Below, one piece after another: positions 1 to 13,668 of a stretch of DNA of 64,000 bases. The translations under genes were made by a program, and so were the position numbers. Origin of the DNA: Octopus sinensis (taxonomy: Eukaryota); the NCBI RefSeq assembly GCF_006345805.1, contig NC_043020.1:2232001-2296000 (forward strand), in the 5' to 3' direction. Numbering within the stretch: position 1 is the first letter of the stretch; each line of letters starts with the position of its first letter. The notes below the pieces were generated by a model, which saw only the letters and a program-made list of their open reading frames with translations, was not told the origin of the DNA and made no database searches.

Positions 1-1658
1 CTTTCTATTGTAACTGTTAATGGAGCGTAACCTTCAAAATGTGACGAATCCAAGAGTGGTTACGCTCCATGTTCATGTCTACGTCAAGTTCAAGTTTATA
101 GGACATGCCTTTACACAACCTGTTTGATGGTATGCAGAGAGTTTCTCTTCAAAGCCTTTCTCCAAATACGTTTGTCCAGTCATTCTACCGTTACAGAGAA
201 GGTCATTGAGAAGTTAGTACTTTCTAAGGAATTCGCTAACGATTCATAGGATATTGTTCCCTTAAGGTGTAAGTACTTGAATGCTGTATTTACTTTTGCT
301 GCTGTTGTTTAGCAGATGATATAAAAGTGATACCATACAAGAGGCAGTTTGCACTGATTTTCAGTTTCCCCTCCTTTCTCGCATTTTTCTTCTGAGATAG
401 AGTTTGCCAATATTACTATTTTTGTAGAAACTTGTAGCTGACCTCAGGATCTTGTGTGCTTTAATGTCTATGAAACAGATTCCTCTGTAAACCAATCAAA
501 TATCCTAAACGCATGTATCAGCCGTGATACTGAAATGACATAAAAAGAAAGCCTCGATTGCCATATTTTGTAAAGTTTAGCATAATATTTTGGGTGTTCC
601 ATCTTTGGCGAGATCAACTCTGTTTGATACATTTTCATCTTACAACGAATTTTTTTTTATCAAAACTTAAGTATGTGTAAGCTGTGTAGAACTTTGAAGA
701 TATACAGACCATTGATGTAAAAGTTTAGAAAACATTTCACCGCGTTCATCTGTCAAATATGATTTCTTTTGGCCAAATTCCATCACAAATCAGCTGAAAT
801 TGCTACCAAATTTAATTATTTCCCATCATTATAGACACTGCCACTATTTATCTTTAGATCGTCCTCAAAGAAATTCAATTACACTAGTGTTTACTAATGT
901 TGCAGATCCTGACACAACCGCAGGCGGTTTCTGTAAAAGGGCCAGCCGTGGATTTAGTACAAAAGAATCAAGAGGACAGAGAGGTTCATTAAAATATTTC
1001 TTTGAAGGGAGCCAAAAACATAGGACACACGTTGCACTTTCTGGTACAAGTGTGAATATTGTTGGCCAGCACTTTGCGTGTGTTTCAATGACAGAAACAA
1101 ACACAGCACTAACAACTTCTCTTAAGGGCAGTAACCCCAGCAACCGCGGTGAGGTAACAGAACCAACTGACTTTGTGACATGAAACCAGTGAGTCACAAG
1201 ATAACTGTGGTGTTTTCTTTAAGCAGTAAGATGTTATTTATCGAAAAATGTTCGGCCCATCCACACACAGTCTTCTTTCCTGATGCCTTCTCATCGATTA
1301 CTAACCTGATAAACTCGTAGCAGCAACGGGGGAATTGACTAAAACAGTTCTTGTAAAGTTTGAGCATAATGGTTTGATATACAACAGGCTTATAGCCCTT
1401 TTTATCAAGCCAGTGTTTTCATAATTGACTACAAAATTTATCCTTGTCATTGTAAACGAAGCTCCTTATAGTTCTTTGCACACACACACACACATATATA
1501 ATATATATTATATACACGCACGCACACACCCCCCACCCACCCACCCACCCACAAACACACACCACACACACATATATAAATACAATGTACATTTAAACAC
1601 ATAAGAGACATCCATCATAAGGATCCTTGCACGCTAGAAGAATAGTTAAATTCCAAAC

Positions 1659-1693
<35 letters not shown>

Positions 1694-2464
1694 CACACAT
1701 ACACATATAATGTATATTTTATATATAACGAAATGTTAGCGCTAAGCAGCATTTGGGCATAAGCAAAATTTAAGTTAATTAAAGTATGTTTGTGACATAT
1801 AAAGACCAAATAGACGGCAGTTTGCGTGGAGAAAATATCTCTTTTATGGTAAAGGTGTGAAAACACCCGGTTTATGCATGTAACACGCTATTGTTTACTC
1901 TTTTACTCTTTTACTTGTTTCAGTCATTTGACTGCGGCCATGCTGGAGCATGGAGGTCAATTCGCTCAACTAAAAATATTTCAAGGCGATGCTCCGGCAT
2001 GGTCGCGGTTTAATGACTGAAACAAGTAAAAGATGTAAGATAAAGATAAAAGATAAAAGATAAAAGATTAAAGAATAACACAGGAGAAAAGAGAATGTTG
2101 TTTTGATAAAGAACGAAGAATCTGTGATCAAGTTGATTGTATCGAAGAACAGCAGGAAGAATTAAAATGCCGGAGGTGAGTAAACTAAAAAGAGTCTGAT
2201 ATTTCGGTACAGCAAACTGGAATATAAACGGAACGCAGACAAGTTGCATCATCAGATGCAGACAGAATTGTTAAAGCCATTGTAACATGCGCACCTATTT
2301 TTAATACAAGGGTAACTAATGAAAACAACAAACTGGAAGAGCCTGAAGCCCTGAGAGGTTAGAATATTTCTGGTTCCTCGTTTGAATTATTGACTTAACA
2401 GGTAAACACCCACTCGCGGTGATGATGTATGTTTTTTTTTTTGTTTTGTTAATGTCTAACATTT

Positions 2465-2842
2465 TGTCGACTATGTGCCATCGTGGAGGAAAACAGGCCT
2501 GGATCTCAGTCGCTTACGACGAAGAGTGTTCCGGTTGATGTGATCGGACGAACAGTCGGCTCGTGAAATTAACGCCCAAGTGGTTGAGCACTCCACAGAC
2601 ACGCGTACTCTTGCGTACTCCACAGACACACGTAGTTCTCAAGGAGATTCAGCGTTGCACAAAGTGTGACAAGGCTGGCCCCTCTGAATTACAGGTACAA
2701 CTCATTTTTGCTAGTTGAGTGGACTGGTGCAATATGAAATAAAGTGTCTTGCTCAAGGACACAACGCGCCGCCGGGAATCGAACTCACAACTTTACGGTC
2801 ATAAGCCTAATACCCTAACCACTGAGGCACGTGCCTTCAATT
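2465..2842 (-). mobile_element. tRNA-derived SINE, family D
   Basis: Minus strand begins GAAGGCACGTGCCTCAGTGGTTAGGG (A box) ...GAGTTCGATTCCCGG (B box) ...GTGTCCTTGAGCAAGACACTTTATT. Related copies near 33075 and 59665. Confidence 0.8.
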
Positions 2843-2961
2843 GGATGAAAACAGAAAGAGCTGTTCTAACACAGAGGGATGTGGCAAAACAGGCCTATGT
2901 GTATGTAACTAAAGATGTGTTGTTTATTATTCTATAAGCTCTGATATAGCAGACAAGGGCA

Positions 2962-3352
2962 GTACTACTTCCTCCAGGCACTTGATGTAGGCCTCCGTGT
3001 TGAGTCCGAGGCCGCGTGGGAAGTTGAACGGAGGCATAATATCGCTATCACTATACTCCAAACACCATGATATTGACTGGATGGTTGATTTTTATCACTC
3101 TCAGTACATGTCCTCAGATTGACATCCAAACACTCTGAAATGTTCGTATTGGAGCTTCTAGTGCAAATGCCAAGCAGTACAGCATGTCGTTTCCAAATCT
3201 GTGGCAGAGTGAATTGCGTTATGGTGCTGTTTTCCTCACAGACGGTGCTCAACTGATCCTACTATACTGAGTAGTTGGCAAAATCAAGTACAAACAATGT
3301 GCATGCGCGAAATTAAAATATAAAATAGCGACAATTTACCCATTGCATCCTG
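2962..3352 (-). mobile_element. Internally deleted maT-like (mariner) transposon fragment, same family as 36210-37402
   Basis: Shares the terminal sequence (GACAATTTACCCATTGCATCCTG+TA) and internal sequence with the 36.2-37.4 kb element; retains a piece encoding the HPVNIM region. Confidence 0.8.
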
Positions 3353-4494
3353 TATATTAAGTGCTGTTATAGATAGAGGCACTATTTATACCAGCGGGTA
3401 ATGTCTAATCTCACTTAAACGTAGATTATAGAATATTCTTTTCCAAAATGTAAAGCTTTTGTAAGAAGTAAAGGTCAACGTTTTGAAACTGTAAAATCCT
3501 AGATGAACCCTCATTAACCAGGAAACATAGATGAGGTCCGCGGGCGGGTATCATATTACCTCATTCATCAAATAGTAACTACGAGATAGAGTTTAAAAAA
3601 TCTTATCTACAGAATATTCTTTTCCGAAATGTAAAGGATTCTAAATGAAACCACATTATATTAGGGGAGACGGATGAAGGCCGTGACATCAAATTCTCTC
3701 ATTCATCAAATGACAACCACGAAATAAAGGATGAAACGGCAATAATAACTATTTCACAGCATGGCTGAAACTGAAAGCTGTAAGCAATAAAAAATGGTAA
3801 AAGAAAGTGTGTAATTGTTTATCCGAAGATAAGAACTGCGCTAAACAATTAGATAGCCTGCCAGGAAACCATTAGAAAAGCTAAGCGAGATGATTAAGAT
3901 AAAAAAATTGAGTAGAAAAATTACGGTAAAATCATATTTACAAATATTGATTTACTCACACGTAGGTCTACAGACAAATGGATGGTAATGTAAGTCGAGG
4001 AACAGAAATGAAAAAAAAAGACAGGAAATTAAATAAGTATAAATAAAAATATACTGAAAATGGAAATAGTTAGAAAGTAAAAATGTAGACCAAGTATAAA
4101 TAGAAAAAGGAAGTGCAAAAGATGCAAATGACACTAAATAGAAACAATGATAAAATTAAATAACAAGAGAGTCTACGGTAAATATAAATATAAATGATAC
4201 ATCGAACAAACTGACGAAAAGTAACTGGGAATGTGTATGAGAGACACTCGTCATCTCCAGGCAATAATTAAACGTGAAGAACAAACTTAGAGGAAGCAAT
4301 ACACTAGATGTACTGGTAATAAGAAATATGTTTAAAATGTAATCAATTAAGAGATAAGTTGAGATTAGACTCAAACAGAAATAAACAGGAGGATCTAATA
4401 CGGAATTGCATTGAATACACTGGCCCAGATAGGCAGCATGGTTGATTACATTTACCAGAAAAAGGGGTGAACAGGTTGTGTGGCGTATGCGCAG

Positions 4495-4497
<3 letters not shown>

Positions 4498-4542
<45 letters not shown>

Positions 4543-4747
4543 CATAGACATATATATATATATATATGGGTGTGTATAAATATATATATGTTCGCACGTA
4601 TGTAAACATATATATATATTATATATAAATATATACGTATATATATATATATGCATATATGTAGACATATATATGTATATGTATATATATATATGTATAT
4701 GTATGTATATATATATATATATATATACATATATACATATAACATAC

Positions 4748-4800
<53 letters not shown>

Positions 4801-4810
4801 CACATATATA
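4498..4810. repeat. (TA)n-rich microsatellite, representative of many blocks (e.g. 5630-5820, 7000-7440, 11040-12690, 17400-17780, 34690-35300, 41200-41850, 49620-50290, 63080-63630)
   Basis: Read directly from the sequence. Confidence 0.95.
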
Positions 4811-5495
4811 TGTGTGTGTACGGAAGTATTCAGTAAAATCGAAAGTATATCTAGTGGTAATCCGGGTGGAGTGTTAGTATGTAGATAAGGAGAGGTGCAG
4901 AAAGTTCAGGCAGTAGTTGAGATGTGTAAGTCCAAAGAGTAGGAGGTTAAAGCAGGATAAAACTGGAGTGACCACGTGAGCGTATAATATATATTTGAAA
5001 TTTACAGAAACACAAATTTTTTGTACATTTTACACTTTCACAATACATTTCTAGAATTTATGACCCTATTACCTGACGTTCTTTATATCTTTATATATTC
5101 ATATTTTTACATCTTTACCTTTTATTATATTTTATTATCTTTTATAATTATATTTATATTTATATATTTTTGTAATCCCAACTTCATTAACGTTTCCTCC
5201 CCTTCCTCTCTTTTCTCCCTTTTCTCTTTTTCTCAATATCCAATCCTCCTTTTCTCCTTCCCTTACAAGAAAAATGAACCCAACCGGAATCTACCCAGTA
5301 TTCACTATACTGAGTGAGAAAACGGTATGGACTGTTTTTTGGAGTCCAATAATACCCTGTGCGCCTATTTGTTTATGAAGATTTAAAAGCATACTTTCTC
5401 AGTGATACTCGGTTTACCTACCATTATAAATAATACCAAATGTTCTTTCTCAAACCTTTCATAATGTGATACCAGTCTTTGGTGTAGCAATTGCA

Positions 5496-5590
5496 TGCGG
5501 CTGAAGAGGGCTTTTGAACTATCTGTTATGTCGATTATACATTGATGTAAGAATAAGTTGTTCTATAAAGCTCGAAACATGTGTACCGCA
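5496..5590 (+). ncRNA. Type I hammerhead ribozyme-like motif, probably from a Penelope-like element end
   Basis: Stem I TGCGG/CCGCA, core CTGAAGA (5501-5507), stem II GGGCTTT/AAAGCTC, GAAA (5574-5577), stem III AC-ATGT-GT, predicted cleavage triplet GTA (5583-5585). Confidence 0.7.
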
Positions 5591-5746
5591 ACATCCTTTG
5601 TGTTCTTTTTTCATTTTATTTCATTTGATATTATATATGTAAATATATATATATATATGTAAATATATATATATATATATATATATATAGGTAAATATAA
5701 TATATATATATATATAATATATATATGATATATATATTATATGTAA

Positions 5747-5781
<35 letters not shown>

Positions 5782-6031
5782 TATAATGTATATGTATATG
5801 CGTGTATGTATATGCATATATCAAGTTGTACAGAAATTTGAAAAGCGTAATAATGTGATTTTAATAAAACAGAGTTTTATTAGTTTCTTATTTTTTTGCT
5901 GCAATTATATTTCGATCAAAAAGATCCTTATCGAATATATAATTGCGGAAGAGAGACAGTGAAAAACACATACTTCCACAGCCGTGTGTGTATGTGTGTG
6001 CGTGTGAGTGTGCGTCTGTGTGTATGTATAC

Positions 6032-6074
<43 letters not shown>

Positions 6075-6399
6075 AAAAATTGTAAGGTGGAGTGAGAAAA
6101 TAACTTATAGGGTTAGAAAACAACAGTGTAATAATTACAATATTTGTCTCGTAGAAACAATAATAGACTAGAAAACAATAACTGAGGCAGAATGGTAAAA
6201 AACCATATCCAAAAGTATTTCAATATTTTATCAAAAGTATATAATTTAAATTCATAATGTACCCTTACCACCCCGACACAACCAAACAGAAACAAATACA
6301 AACACAAAAGTGAGCGCCCTCACACGCATATGGAAAATATAATATAATATAATATGACATAATATAAGGTAATACGTGATATATATATATATATATATA

Positions 6400-6590
6400 C
6401 GCCATGATAGATTGTTAGCCACTACACACATTTTTTCTCTCCTTGTTTTTTCTGTGTCCCTTTCTGTAGAAGAGCATAGGCTCGAAACGTAAAAGACTTT
6501 TTCTATTCCTGAGCGTTATACTAATACATCTGTTTGTTTTGTACACCACCTGTCTTCGTCTTTTGCTTTTTACGTAAACTCTCTCCCTCT
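6400..6590 (+). mobile_element. Short (~190 bp) Penelope-like terminal repeat carrying a hammerhead-like motif, set in TA/CT microsatellite
   Basis: Near-identical to 22600-22792 (-) and 26115-26298 (+); contains CTTT-CTGTAGA-A-GAGC-ATAG-GCTC-GAAA-CGTA-AAAG. Confidence 0.65.
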
Positions 6591-6648
6591 CTCTCTCTCT
6601 CTCTCTCGTCCCTCTCTCTCTCTCTCCCTCTTATATATCTATATCATA

Positions 6649-6694
<46 letters not shown>

Positions 6695-8772
6695 TTGCTT
6701 ACATTTGGAAATGATGTCTAACGTCTTTTTAGCACGTTTTGCATGTATATAAGATAAAGTGTTTTTATGCTCTATTGTAAGGTTTGAACTCACTGTCTTG
6801 TCTGTCATAAGACAGTATCGATCAATCAAAATCGTTAACTCAGCGACGCCATAAGTCTACAACAAGAAACACAACGCCATCCTTCCATTATCCCTGGTCA
6901 TTAACCATTCTTTATGTTTTGCACCGACTTCTCTGCCTAATACTTGATGGCTCTCGACTGTCCGCTTCGCAGTTTCTCCTCCACCTATTTCAGCAGTATA
7001 TACTTTAATATACATACATACGTACATACATACATACATAATACATACATACATACATAAATACGCGTATACATGTATGTATATATACATACATACATAC
7101 GGACATACATACACACTCGTATATATATATATTCATATATGTATATATAGGCATATGTATATATAGGCACATATATGTGTATATATATATATCGGTGTGT
7201 GTGAGTGTAGATACGTATATATAAATATATATATGTATATATAGGCACTATATGTTAGAGATGTGTATATATATCTCGGTGTGTGTGATTGTAGATACGT
7301 ATTATATATATATATTATATATATATAATATATATAATAATATATATTATATGTGTACACATAGACGTATAGATGCGTGTATATGGGTATGTATTTATAT
7401 ATACCTACATAACATATGTATATATGTGCATGTACCACAGACGTAATCTGTCGCGCACCCACTCACACACAAACTTACACACACAGATATAACATGAGTC
7501 AATGAATACAAGCAAGTTATATGGTTTTAGCTTGAAGTAAGTAACTTCGAAAGGTTTCATATTGTTTCAAGACCAATATTGATACATGTGTAATCAATCA
7601 TTTTGCTTTCTGTTGCTTTAGAAACAATATTCGTCTCTGTCACTCAGTCTGTCTGGTTTTCTCTCCTCTTTCTCTCCTCTTCTCTGTCTCTCAAACACAC
7701 ACACTCTCACACATGCAGAATCACACACACACACGCACAAATATATACACGCACATACACACGCACACGCCTACGCATATTCGAATATTAAAACCTTTAT
7801 CTCTTGTTATCTCATCCAATGTTTCTATGTACATCAGTGCTTTGCTATAAAATCGATCAGATATATCAGTTTTTATGATATCGATTAGCTATGACTCCAC
7901 TTGTGAGAACTTGCATAAACAGGGTCCATTCAGCCTTGTTCGATAATATTTATATTTAAAGAGTTCTAACCACGACCATCTCGCCCTTATTTTCAGGCAT
8001 AGTGTACATCGGGCTACATTGTCCAGTGTGTTCTTGCTTATATATAAAGACGGTACCAGGTGTATTCCTTGGTTGACATAGACCTTTATCCAATGGAAAG
8101 TCCTGGAGATATCTATGTTCTTCGTCGTAATCAATGTGTTTATCGTTATCAAGGACCGAATTCAAAGACTCGATAATGCCAGCAGGAAATGTTGCGGTGC
8201 AAAGATGAGACACAGAGCGTACAAATGCTAAATGGCCTCTTCTTGCAAGAACGTTGCTGTCTAAGGCCAGTTTTGTCCTGGACGGACTAGTCATATGAAC
8301 AAACTCATACCAGATATGACCACCCTATCTTTCTGTTTAGTCAGTCTACATCCGACAACATTATCCAAAGAATCCTCTTTCTTAAAAAAGACAGGAAATT
8401 TTTGCTTGAGGGAGATTTGGCTGCTATACTTAGCAGGTCGAGCAACAGCGTTCCTATCAAATTCTCTTATTGTTATTATTGTTTTCCCAGCCCTAGGTCA
8501 TCCCAGATCTAGTCAAACAGACCTAAGCTCAAAGGCATACCAACGAATGACCACCTCGTATATCAACGTATCACATATCTCAATGCATCACCCTCGTATT
8601 TAAAAAGTTAAGATCTGCAATTCTGAGGGCGGTTGTAGCTGCTATTTCTGCAAGGTCGAGCAACTGCGCAGAGACACTTTGCTCTTTTAGTTTCAGCCTT
8701 TTTGTTTTAGATTTTTTTTGTCATAACCATACATACTGAGATCAGTGAAATCTGCTGAAAATCTTACGAATC

Positions 8773-8819
<47 letters not shown>

Positions 8820-9274
8820 GACTCCAATACTTTTTCTGTTTCTTAGTTTATCAATCTTTCAATAGACGAGAGAGCAAAGAAATACAACAAAGAACGGAAC
8901 TGAATTACGGATGAGATATTTGTTCAATTTTTATATTACGGGTTGCAAATATCCGTTATGTAACTCTTGATCAATGTTTTGCTTTACTGACTACGAAGTT
9001 TGGAATATTTATGTCCAGCGGAAAAAATATTTGTGAATCAAATTTAGAAAGTTCTTGGCAACAATGGAATTTCTATGGAGAGTATATGGAAAATTGAACC
9101 ATATTACATGACGTTTAAATTTTTAGTCCTCAGCTTTAATATCTGAATGCAATTATAGAATGGTATGTTATTTTCCCCTTTAAATTCACTATACCCAGCG
9201 CTTTGTGATACAGGGTTTACGACTCCACTAACTGTTGTTTTATCTCAGAACATAATAGAGGTCCCTCTCTCTCT

Positions 9275-9480
9275 CTTTTCTCTTTTACTAGTTTCAGTCA
9301 TTTGACTGCGGCTATGCTGGAGCACCGCCTCTGGTCGAGCAAATCGACCCCGGGACTTATTCTTTGTAAGCCCAGTATTTATTCTATCGGTCTCTTTTGC
9401 CGAACCGCTAATTGACGGGGACGTAAACACACCAGCATCGGTTGTCAAGCAATGCTAGAGGGACAAACACAGACACGCAA

Positions 9481-9527
<47 letters not shown>

Positions 9528-9538
9528 ACACACATATA

Positions 9539-9586
<48 letters not shown>

Positions 9587-9752
9587 TACGACGGGCTTCT
9601 TTCGGTTTCCGTCTACCAAATCCACTCACAAGGCTTTGGTCGGCCCGGGGCTATAGCAGAAGACACTTGCCCAAGGTGCCACGCAGTGGGACTGAACCCG
9701 GAACCATGTGGTTGGTTAGCATGCTACTTACCACACAGCCACTCCTGCGCCT
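9275..9752 (-). mobile_element. tRNA/CORE-like SINE, family A, full length with internal CA/TA tract
   Basis: Minus strand: GCAGGAGTGGCTGTGTGGTAAGTAG...GGTTCAGTCCCACTGCGTGGCACCTTGGGCAAGTGTCTTC (CORE-like)...GACTGAAAC tail. CpGs well preserved. Confidence 0.85.
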
Positions 9753-10690
9753 CTGCTTCTATTGTTGACAAAGTTCTTAAAGATCATAGTGTTCGGGGTG
9801 TGCTCAATAATGTAAATGAGCTTCTTGTTTTATTTTCTATGATTTGAGTGTCCATGTAATTACGTTGCGATTTAAGGTAAAGTCTATGAAGTGAACCGTA
9901 CTTTCGTTTGTAGTTTCTGTGATACAAGTCTTTGCTGTTTAGAAGTGGCCAGGATTTTATATTAATTCTAGATTATCTCCTTTCTTATCGTCTGTAGATG
10001 TTAGACTATCATCTCTGTATATGCCGCTTTCTAAGATGGTAATCACGATTTATCAAGGGTAAAGAATCGACAAGACCAGATAAGCGTCCCATCAAAGAAG
10101 CCTATCAGAACAGCAAACGGATAATTAGTATGTTTCACGTATAACTTGACACGCACATATATCCATGTGACTTTCCCACACACATACGTACGCATATATG
10201 TATATACATACACATATATACATATATGTCCAATAAATGTGTGTATGTATCTATATAAATATATATGTATGGATATATACATATATATATGTTTGTATAT
10301 ATATACATGCACACATATATATATACACACGCGTACACAGATACACACACATATATGTATGCGTGTATGTGTGTGTGTGTGTGTGGTGTGTGTGTGTGTG
10401 TATAAATGAGTAGTATAAGATATGGATTCAGAGGATTATGTAGCTAGCACAGTGAGCTCGTCGTACGGACTCGGCTATCAGTGTACACATAGTAATTAAT
10501 TTTAAAGTAGTGAAACGTATACTAAAATTAATACTACACGAAGGTTGCGAAACAGCTGTAATCCTACGGAAGTCACGTAGTTAAGTAAGTCTGTATTCAT
10601 CTGTCATATCTCCTGACTTCACAAACATATTAAACGGGTTTCTGGAAAGTTACCAACTACAGAATTTCATTCATCAGCTCTGGTCGACTT

Positions 10691-10754
<64 letters not shown>

Positions 10755-11250
10755 ATCAGAAATGGACACATGGTCTACAAGTTGCGGTTACAGTGAGATC
10801 CTTGTTTCGGAGTAAACTTAATAGCTACGCAGAGAAGTAGAGATTAAAGGCATTGCGATCTCCAGTGTCAACCACAATACCAAACATGAGTCTGAAGACA
10901 TTTTCCTCAAATAGTTCTGCAAATCATTGGTATTCGATGTGATGCCTTGTCAGTATTTTGAAAATCTGAAATACTTGATCGATGGAATATTTACAAAGGA
11001 CTTATGATAGCTTCAACAGTTCTAATAAGCTTACGTCTCATAAGGTTTGTTTGCATGCGCATGCGTGTGTGTATGCATATTTTTATAGATATATAGATAA
11101 AAACATGCATGTACGGTTGAATATATATGCGTATACAGGTATATATATATATTTGTATATGTGTATATATATATATAGGCAGACACATACCGTGCGTATG
11201 CATATATTTATGTCTTTATGTATGTTTGTGCATCCATCTTTCCATCCATA

Positions 11251-11301
<51 letters not shown>

Positions 11302-12547
11302 AGTTTTTATACGTATTCATATACATAAACTGAAGCATTCATGTATATATATATATATTACACACATATACATAGATACATGCACATGTTTACATAGAAA
11401 TATATGTGTGAGTATATATATATATATATATATGTAAACATATATATATATATTTATATCTTGTTCTCTCTGTGCATGTGTGTGTAAGTATGTGTGTATA
11501 TATATAATTTATTGATGTCACTGTGTTGGTGTCTCCTAATCTTTGGATTCCTCGGACAAGGAGTCGCCAGTGTTTACATCTTATGACACACTTAAAAAAT
11601 CCGTTTAAATACAACCATAGATAATATGCTTCAGACAGTAAATACACTACGTACATTGAATACACACACTCACACAAACTCACACATACATATATACATA
11701 CATACATACGTACATACATACATACATACATACATACATACACACACAGATATACACACAGATATACACATCATATAGGCCTACATACACACATACAAAC
11801 ACACACACACATATATATATATAAATATAAATATACTTATTAAACAATACACTCCCATACACCTTGTATATAGAGTTATATGTATTTGTAACTTCAAATA
11901 CCTGTGCGTGTGTGCATGTGTGCGCGCGTGTGTGAGCGTGTGAGAGAGAGAGAGAGTTTATGGTACCTATACATGTTTTAAGGAACCGACACAGTCATAC
12001 CAATAGGCACTCGCAAGAACTTACACTATAGTTCATACACACACACACGAGCGCACGCACATATATGCACGCACATATATGCATACACATATATGCACAC
12101 ACACACAAGCACAAGTATATGTGGGTGTGTGTTTATATATATATATGCATCTCATGTATTTAAGGTTCAGAATATTAAACTTTGAAACGCTAACACAATC
12201 CTGCACACACACATATGTGTATATATATATATATAAATACATATATATGTATATATATATATATACAAATATATATATATATATACAAATATATAGATAG
12301 ATATACATGTATATATATGCATATAAATACACACATATATACATAGACATATATAGATATGTATATACATACATATACATATATGTGTGTATACATATAC
12401 ATATATATATATAAATGCATATACTCAACTCCATAAATAAATATACATATACGCAACCACATATTTTTGTTTATGTCTGCATGTGTATATAATTGTGTCT
12501 ATTCTTACATATATATGTCGTATGCATGTATGTATATATATATTATG

Positions 12548-12582
<35 letters not shown>

Positions 12583-13369
12583 TATATATTTGCATATATA
12601 TATAGATGTATATTACTTACATATATACATATACGCACGCATACACACACACATATATATGTATGCATGTTTACACACATACATATGTGTGTGTGTGTAA
12701 GAGAAACTCTCATGAGAGCTGAACAGAAGGAGGTCTTCAGAGAAGAAACTACTGTTCGTATCTATCTTTATGTTATATATCACGTACACAAAGGGAGAGA
12801 GGGTGGTGGTGGAAGAAAAGAGAGCGCGTGAAAGAGAGAAAAGAGAGAGAAGAAAGAGAGAGAGAATAGATGCTTAGCTTTATTGTTATTCTCTGTGGTC
12901 ACCGTCTTTGTTGATGCTAATACTTGTTATTCAAGTATAAACAAAATTACACATTAATCTTCCCCACTTGTTTTTTTTTCCTTTACAAATGGCCGCCATA
13001 TTTACACAGCTAAAACCTCGGTGCAGTCTTTAATAACATTCGAGACAAATTATATATAAAATAAATAAAATTTGGCTTCCAATTTCGAGACTAAATACTA
13101 TTTTATGAAAACATTATTGGTGTGGCTGCTGTTGTTTTCGTTTCTGTTGTTCGTGATCGTCAGTTTGTATCGTCTGCTTGTTATTGTGTTTGTTTCTGAA
13201 GACTACTTTATGCTAAGGAGGCTAATGAAACGCTTTGTTCTTTCACGATGACAATGGCGGAATAATGGCTTCGGTTTCGTTATGCCGTGTAATGCGGTGT
13301 TTGTCTGGCAATGATTCAACTTAATACGCTGATCAGAATTGCAACTAAAACCCATTTACGACACAAAAA

Positions 13370-13668
13370 TAACAACACCATAAATAATAACAACAACAGT
13401 AACAATAATAATAATGATAATAATAATAATAATAATAAGTAAAAAATGATAATGATAATGATAATAATAAAACAATAATTAATAATAATAATAATGATGA
13501 TAATAATATAATAATAATGATAATGATAATAATGATAAATAGTATAGTAATAATAATAATAATAATAATAATTAATAATAAAATAATATAATAATAATAA
13601 TAATAATAATATAATGATGATAATAATAATAATAATAATAATAATAGTAATAAAAAAAAAATAATAAT
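13370..13668. repeat. (TAA)n microsatellite (others at 16510-16617, 18440-18930, 49055-49120, 52620-52697)
   Basis: Read directly from the sequence. Confidence 0.95.

Noticed and set aside
70-1200. Coding-like unique sequence, including ORFs 800-1183 (+) and 865-1197 (-)
   Set aside because: No recognisable domain; weak resemblance to LINE RT motifs was not convincing.
4156-4836. Long Y/I-rich ORFs, and all similar YI, CV, HT, poly-N and poly-L ORFs in the track
   Set aside because: Translations of (TA)n, (CA)n and (AAT)n microsatellites; no coding complexity or splice context.
7889-8603. Overlapping ORFs of 87-112 aa in unique-looking DNA
   Set aside because: No recognisable homology, no clear splice sites, and not the INTS13 C-terminus.
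9275-9752. tRNA-like A/B boxes as possible tRNA genes
   Set aside because: They are heads of multi-copy SINEs with CORE-like bodies and tails, not complete cloverleaves.
12985-13000. GGCCGCCATATTT YY1-like motif in CpG-containing unique DNA
   Set aside because: A single short motif with no nearby gene start visible; not enough to call a promoter.
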